DNA of 64,000 nucleotides, from NCBI RefSeq assembly GCF_000142905.1, contig NW_013657658.1:372001-436000 (forward strand), given 5' to 3'. The first letter of the stretch is position 1, and each line of letters opens with the position of its first letter. Both the position numbers and the translations under genes were made by a program. This stretch comes from Thecamonas trahens ATCC 50062 (lineage: Eukaryota > Protista > Apusomonadida). Below, piece after piece: positions 57,901 to 64,000 of the stretch. The notes beneath the pieces were generated by a model. The model ran no database searches and was not told the origin of the DNA. It saw nothing but the letters and a program-made list of their open reading frames with translations.

Positions 57901-60900
57901 GGCGACGCCACCACCCAGACCCCCAGCAGTGGCGTTGGTGAGCGCAGAGTTGATGACTGCATAGCCGTCGGGACCGACGGCCACACTTCCGCCGTCGGCG
58001 CCGGCGACGTTGGCGTGGATGGCAGCACTACCGGACGAGCCAAAGGTGGCGTCGGCGATAAAGACGGCACCGCCATGTCGGCCGGCAGTGTTGGCCGTGA
58101 CCGAAGCAGAGGCTTGGACGGATATCGCGCCACGGCCGATGGCGCAAAGGCCGCCGCCGTCCTGTCCGGCGGTGTTGGTCTCGATCGCGACCGAGTCGGT
58201 AACGAGCACGGCACCGGCGGCAAGGACTGCGATGCCGCCGCCGTCGGCGGTTGCGGAGCAGTTGGTGACCAGAGCGTTGTCGCGGAGCTCAAGCATGCCA
58301 CCGGCAGCGGCGACCGCGAGGCACCCACCACTGGCGGCAGAGCAGTGAGCGACAACGACGTCAGTGCCGAGGACAATGAGGCCCGAGGCCGCCGCGAGGC
58401 CGCCTCCAGCCACCGCAGCCGACGAGTGAGTGACTGTTGATGAGACCAGCTCCATTCTCTGGCCAGCTTCGGTCGAGGCGTTGGCCCAGAGGCCACCACC
58501 AGCACCGTTGCTGGAACAGTGAGTGACAAGCGAGTGCGAGAGGCTGACGAGGCCTGGCCCGTTCTGGGCCACTCCACCGCCACCCAGACCGGCGGAACAT
58601 GCCGAGATGTTGGTGGCGGCAGCGACCGAGATCGAGGCACCAGAGTCAGCGTAGAGTCCACCGCCATGGCCTCCAGCCGAGCAGGAGACCACGGTGGCGC
58701 TGACGAGCTCAATGAGCGCCGACGAGCCAGAAGCAGCACCGCCACCACCGACAGTGGCAGAGCAGGCAGTTATGGTGCCGTTAAAGGCGACGGAGCCGCC
58801 GGCGGCGGCAAAGAGGCCACCACCGGTGCTCGAGGCGGAGCACGACTCGATGCGGGTCGACGAGGGTGCCAAGATGGAGCCGGAGGTACTGGCACCGATG
58901 CCGCCGCCGCGGACAGCCGAGCAAGCATCGATGGCGCCTGCGACGTTGATGATACCGGATGACTGAGCCCAGGCGGCGCCTCCGGCGTCCGAGGCATGGC
59001 AGTTTGTGACGCGGGTTGTCGCGACGAGGTGGACGACGCCAGCGTCCGTGGCGCCGGCACCACCGCCGCGCGCGGCAGAGCAGTCTGAGATGACGACGCC
59101 AGCTGCGAGATGGACAGAGCCGGTAGATGCGGCGGCGACGCCACCGCCGAGGCCAGTTGCAGCAGAGCAGTTGTGGACAGGTCCAACAGAGAGAACGACC
59201 GAGGCGGACAGTTCAGCGTAGGCTCCGCCGCCGGCATACACGGCCACGTTGGCTTCCAGCGATGCGTCCGGATGACCGGCAAGCCACAGCAGGGTCGAGC
59301 CCGAGCCCGAGGCATAGAGACCGCCGCCATAGTCTGCGACATTCCGGATGACACGAGTGGCGTTGGTGGCGCGGACGAGACCACCGCTGAGGGCCTGCAG
59401 ACCGGAGCCGGCGTTGTCCATGATCCACGACGAGCCTCGGAGCTCGACCGAGGCGCCATCGGCGGCGACGATGCCGCCACCGGCGACCGAGTCGCGGACG
59501 ACGACGTCGACGAGGACGACTGAGGCGGCATTGCCTGCGGCGAGGCCTGCGCCGGCGGTGGCGTTGTTGGCGGCAAAGGTGAGCGCGGTGGCGTTGAGCT
59601 CGCCGGCAACGTAGACGCCGCCGCCGAACGACGCGTTGCGGGCCTCGTTGGCAGAAAAGGTCATGTGAGTCATGACGACGGCTGCACCTGGGGCGATGAC
59701 CAGCCCGCCGCCGTGGCTCTCACTCACGCAACGGGTGATGGTGAAGCCACTGACGTCCTCGCGGCCAACAAGGGTGAGGAACGGACCATCGGCACCAGTA
59801 CAGTCGACGACAACGTCGGCGACGTCTGGCTCGACGGAGCGGAGGACAACGTCCAGGCTTGCTGGCGATGAGAGACGAGCATTGCGCGGGCCCGAGTAGG
59901 AGCCAGCTCTGGCAAAGATGCGATGGTGCTCAAAGTATGCGTTAGCGAGCGCGCAGCCAAAGGAGGCACAGCCCGGCGACGAGGGCGAGTAGGGCGGCGA
60001 CTGGTTGCAGACGCACGAGCCGTCCTCTGAGCCGGCAGCGGCGTCGACCCAGATCGGCTCGACAAATTTGAAGATACAGTCTGCGGCGGCATCGTCAATG
60101 CACTCACTGGTGGCAGCGAGGCCGTTGACGTCGACGACGGTGACGACGACCGGGTGCGACGCGTTGCCGCCGGCGACGTCGCACAGGATATGGGTCTCGT
60201 TGGCCGAGGCGACGATGCACGGGTGCGGGCCGAGGTCAACGGTGGTGTTGACAGGGGCGGCAGAGAAGCCCCGCCCGGCGATGGTGAGGCGGGTGGTGAG
60301 GTCGTAGAGTGCGGCGCGTGGCTGGATGGAGTGAATCTCGGGGACACGTGCGAGGCCGCAACCAGAAGGGTTGATGCACTCGGCGGTGATGCCCTGGACG
60401 ATGACGATGACGCTGCCGACGACAATGGTGGCATCGGCCTGCGGCGGAAGGCAGACGAGCGTCGTGGCGTTCGCCTCTTGCACGGGGCACGGCACGCCGC
60501 CGAGCCAGGCCTCGAGCTCGGAGAGCGGGGCATCAAAGCCGGCGCCGTCGACCACAACGACCACACCCGGGCCGGAGCCAACCGGGACGCGGGCGGTGAC
60601 GCTTGCGATCTCGGGCACGACGGTGATGTTGCAGGCGAGCGAGGTGTTGCAGACCCAGGGAAGCGAGTCCATGCCGCCGGCGAGAACGTACTCACCGCCG
60701 GTCACATAGCGGGTGGCGGCAACGAGGACGGCGATTGAGTCGGCGCCATCACGGAGGTCCCAGGCGACGCCGCCGACGGAGACCAGGGTCGGCACATCGG
60801 TGAGGTTGGCGGCAAAGCCGTAGCCTGCAAGGGTGACGTTGTCGCGACCAGAGGCGTAGACACGGGACGGCGCGACTGACGAGACGGTCGGGTGCGCGTT

Positions 60901-63900
60901 AAAGCCACACCCCAAGGCCGAGGCGTCGCACACGTACGGGCGGCCATGGGTCTCAAGCTGTAGGGTGCGGACGCGGGCGAGGCCCGGTGGAGTAAGACAG
61001 AGCAGAGAGGTAAAGTTGACCGAGATGATAGCGCACGACAGGTTGGGGCGAGGACGACCGAGTGGCGGCTTGGATCGCTGGCAAAGCCGGTGCCGCGGAT
61101 GTCGATGGTGACACCGCCCGAAGCGAGGCCGACAGCCGGAGTCATGGATGTGACGCGGGCGAGGACCTCGTAGCTGCAGACCCCGGGAGGGCAGGCCCAG
61201 GTGGCGTTGCGACCGGTGATGCGGACATCGTACGCGCCAGCCACGGCGGCGTCCGGCACGCAGGTGAGGTGGGTAAAGTTGGCGGCAGCGACGATGCAGG
61301 CGACCGATTCGGGCCCAGGGCCGCCGAGGAGGTCAAACCAGACTGCAAAGTCGGGTGCAAAGCCGCGGCCGGTAAAGACGACCGGGTCGCCGCCGGGCGC
61401 CTCGCCGACGCGCGGGGCCTGGGCATCGACGACGAGCGCGATGGTGAGGTTGCAGCCACCGGGGCAGGCGTCGACGGCGGCGATGCCATGGACCTCGACC
61501 GCAACCATGTAGTGGCCAGCTGGCCACTGGGGGTGACGCAGCTTGCGTTGACGAGCGAGGACGGGGGCGCGAGCGGCAGACAGGCGACAGCGTCTACAGC
61601 GGCAACACCGCCACTCGAGTCGAGGCCGTGGAAGGCAAACGCGTTCGGAGAGACGAGCGTGGGGTCAAAGCCGGTGCCGAGGAGTGTGACCAGTTCGCCG
61701 CCGGCCGGGTCGATGGCGGCCGGCGTGACAGCCGTGAGCGAGGGAACGACAACAAAGGCACAAGCGGCGTCCGAGACGCAGCGCGCGGGGTAGTCGGCGG
61801 CGACAACGACCGAGGCGTTGGTGGCGACACCGCGGGCCGGAGGCCGGATGCAGACGATGGTGGTCTCGTTGGCAGAGACGAGGCTGCACGGCAGCCCGTC
61901 GAGGCTCACGGCGTTGTCGCCGACGGAAGGGACAAAGCCGGCGCCGTCGACGACCAGCGCGTCCGAGCCTACAGCGGGCCCAGAGACCGGCAGCAGTTTG
62001 TCGACGAGAGCGACGACAACGATGGTGCAGTCGGCGCCGACTGAACACTCGGCCTCGGCGCCGACTAGGTTCATGTAGACCTTGACGACATAGTGGCCGA
62101 CGACCAGGGGCGGCGAGGTGCAGTTGAGCTGAGTCTCAGAGGCGGCGACAACGGTGCAGTTGCCGGTGGCCGACGGGACAGCGGCAGCGGCCGGACCAGC
62201 CAGCGGCTCGAATGCGACATAGGCGACACCGGAGCCGGAAGCGCCAAAGCCGCGACCAGTGATGCGGACGAGCTCGCCGGCGCGGACACCGACGTCGGCC
62301 GGAGCAACGTCGTCGATGACAGCCACTGCGGTCCAGGTGACTGGCAGCGCGGCGGGGGTGAGGTAGGCAAAGGGCGGCGCGTTTGTAGCCGGCAGCGAGA
62401 CCGAGACGTTGTAGACGGCCGGCTCGACGGTCCCGACAATGTCGCAGGTGAGGGCGCCGAGGGTGATGTCGCTCGTGTTGGCGACGACGCACGAGACGTT
62501 GGCCAGAGTGTTGGCGTGTGGGACCAGCCAGATCTCGACGCCTGGTGCAAAGCCATGGCCGGCGAGCGAGAGTGTGAGGTTGGCGTTGGCAGACGAGATG
62601 GCAGGGACAACGCTCGCGACGCCGCCGATGCGCTGGTAGCTACAGGCTGGAGTGATGGCGCACGGAACGCGCGTGCCGCCGTTCCACATCTGCAGCTCGA
62701 AAACGCCTGCGCGGCCGGGCGGGACGATGCAGGAGACTTCGTCTGGCGAGGCGTTGCCGTATCCGTCGAGGGCGGAAAAAGCAAGGTAGTCAACGGCGAC
62801 GACGCAACGGGAAGCGTTGCCGACCACCCGCACTTCTAGCAGCTCACCACCTGTGACGAGCACTGAGCTTGCGGTGGCGAGAAGGTTAGCGGTGTCGAGC
62901 CAGGCGCCGGCAAAGTCGGCACTGAGGACGACGTTGCCGCCGATGGCCAGGCTGACGCTGCAGCTTGCGTCAGTCTCATTGCCTGCGGCGGTGACCGAGT
63001 AGCCGAAGGAGATGTTGTGGGTGCCGTAGTAGAGGTCGGCGTCGAGGTACTCGGACCATGCGGCGTCGGCGACGAGGATGTTGTCTGCGTACGAGGTGTT
63101 GCGGACAGTGGCGGAAGAGGCTGCGGTCGGGAGCGGAGCGCATACCTCGCCGTCGATAACAATCTGCGACCGCGGGCCCGAGGTCATGAGCGGCTGGAGG
63201 CCGTCGCCATGGACAACAAGGGTGTTGCCGCCCGAGGCAGGCGCGGCTTGAGGCAGGAGCGCGGTGATGTTGTGGGTAAAGTCAAAGACGGCGGCGGACG
63301 AGTCAACGACAAAGCTGAGCGCGTCGGGCCAGGAGACGGCGAGGTTGAGCGGGCCCGAGTTGGGAAGCCCTGGGCCAACAACGACACACTGCATCGGGCC
63401 GGTGAGGCCTCCCGAGACAACCGGGCGACAGGTGAGCGAGCCAAGAGCAATGACCACGTCTGCGTAGGCCGCCGACGAGATGTTTGTCGGCCAGCCGATG
63501 CCGTCGAGGGTGACGAGAGTGCCGACACCGCCAGAGGAGGGAGTGAGGGCCGAGATGGCACCCGAGTACACAAAATCGCAGGAGGCGGCGTTGCAAGTTG
63601 CGGCGGCGCCGTAAGCGACGGTGAGTGAGACGCCCGAAAACGGGCCGGCCTGGTGGTGAGCGAGCTCGCACTCGAGGGTGGTGGCTGCCGAGGCGATGAC
63701 GGTGCACGGCAGGCCGTGGGCGACGACCGCCAGCTCGGAAATGACAGGTGAAAAGCCTGAGCCAACGAGGGTGAGGATCGCGCCGCCTGCCGACGATCCG
63801 ACTTGCGGGATGATCGAGTCAATGCGCGGGAGGGTGACAAAGGCACATGCGTAGCTCGAGGAGACGTTGCAGGTGGCGTTGGCGCCAAATGCCGCGCCGT

Positions 63901-64000
63901 GACCAAAGGCCTGGACCTCTACGGCCCGCACACGGCCGTCGAGGCCGGGTGGGAGAGTGACGTTGAGGGAGGCGTCAGCGGTGGCGGTGATGACGAGGTT
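30930..64000 (-). CDS. Giant (>11,000 aa) surface protein: IPT/TIG repeats, polymorphic-membrane-protein-like right-handed beta-helix (GGG/GGA repeats), Cys-rich linker, multi-TM domain, Ser-rich tail; 5'-partial; four -1 shifts
   Basis: Five consecutive minus-strand ORFs join by single-base additions at 61529-61533, 61045-61048, 49734-49736 and 38569-38572. 33071+4 nt = 11025 codons, and the frame is open at 64000. IPT motifs (PRIDSIIPQVGSSAGGAILTLVGSGF) at ~60070-64000; beta-helix at ~33900-59870; Cys-rich at ~33110-33480; TM at ~32050-33100. Confidence 0.88.

Noticed and set aside
30930-64000. Bacterial autotransporter, contamination or recent HGT island
   Set aside because: No C-terminal beta-barrel. 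It has alpha-helical TM segments, many cysteines and N-glycosylation sequons, and the same codon style as the flanking eukaryotic genes.

Overview
Eukaryotic, strongly GC-rich, gene-dense and intron-poor nuclear DNA from a flagellated protist. The style recalls an apusomonad such as Thecamonas, but this is an unverified impression. Genes in order: CNOT1 (5' end outside the window), a hypothetical gene, TRM8/METTL1 (1 intron), an axonemal-dynein-light-chain-domain/EF-hand protein, a PHD-finger protein, a type II membrane protein, a calpain, a sushi/extensin/filamin multi-TM receptor, CYP51 (1 intron), FIG4, an epiplastin-like V/E/P/R-rich protein and a short NB-ARC-like relic. The right half (30930 to beyond 64000, minus strand) is one apparently intronless gene. 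It encodes a >11,000-aa surface protein: IPT/TIG repeats, three capped right-handed beta-helix modules, a Cys-rich linker, a multi-TM domain and a Ser-rich tail. The ORF track splits four genes at 8 sites. Each site is repaired by adding one base to a short homopolymer, most likely a sequencing undercall. Notable non-coding signals: (1) a 17-mer GTAGTAAARACCTACAT recurring at two independent convergent gene junctions; (2) GTAAA at or next to several stop codons, with very short or overlapping 3' ends; (3) C/CA-rich tracts upstream of start codons versus G/GT-rich first introns. No tRNA, rRNA, CRISPR array or intact transposon was seen. All calls rest on motif recognition; no searches were run.
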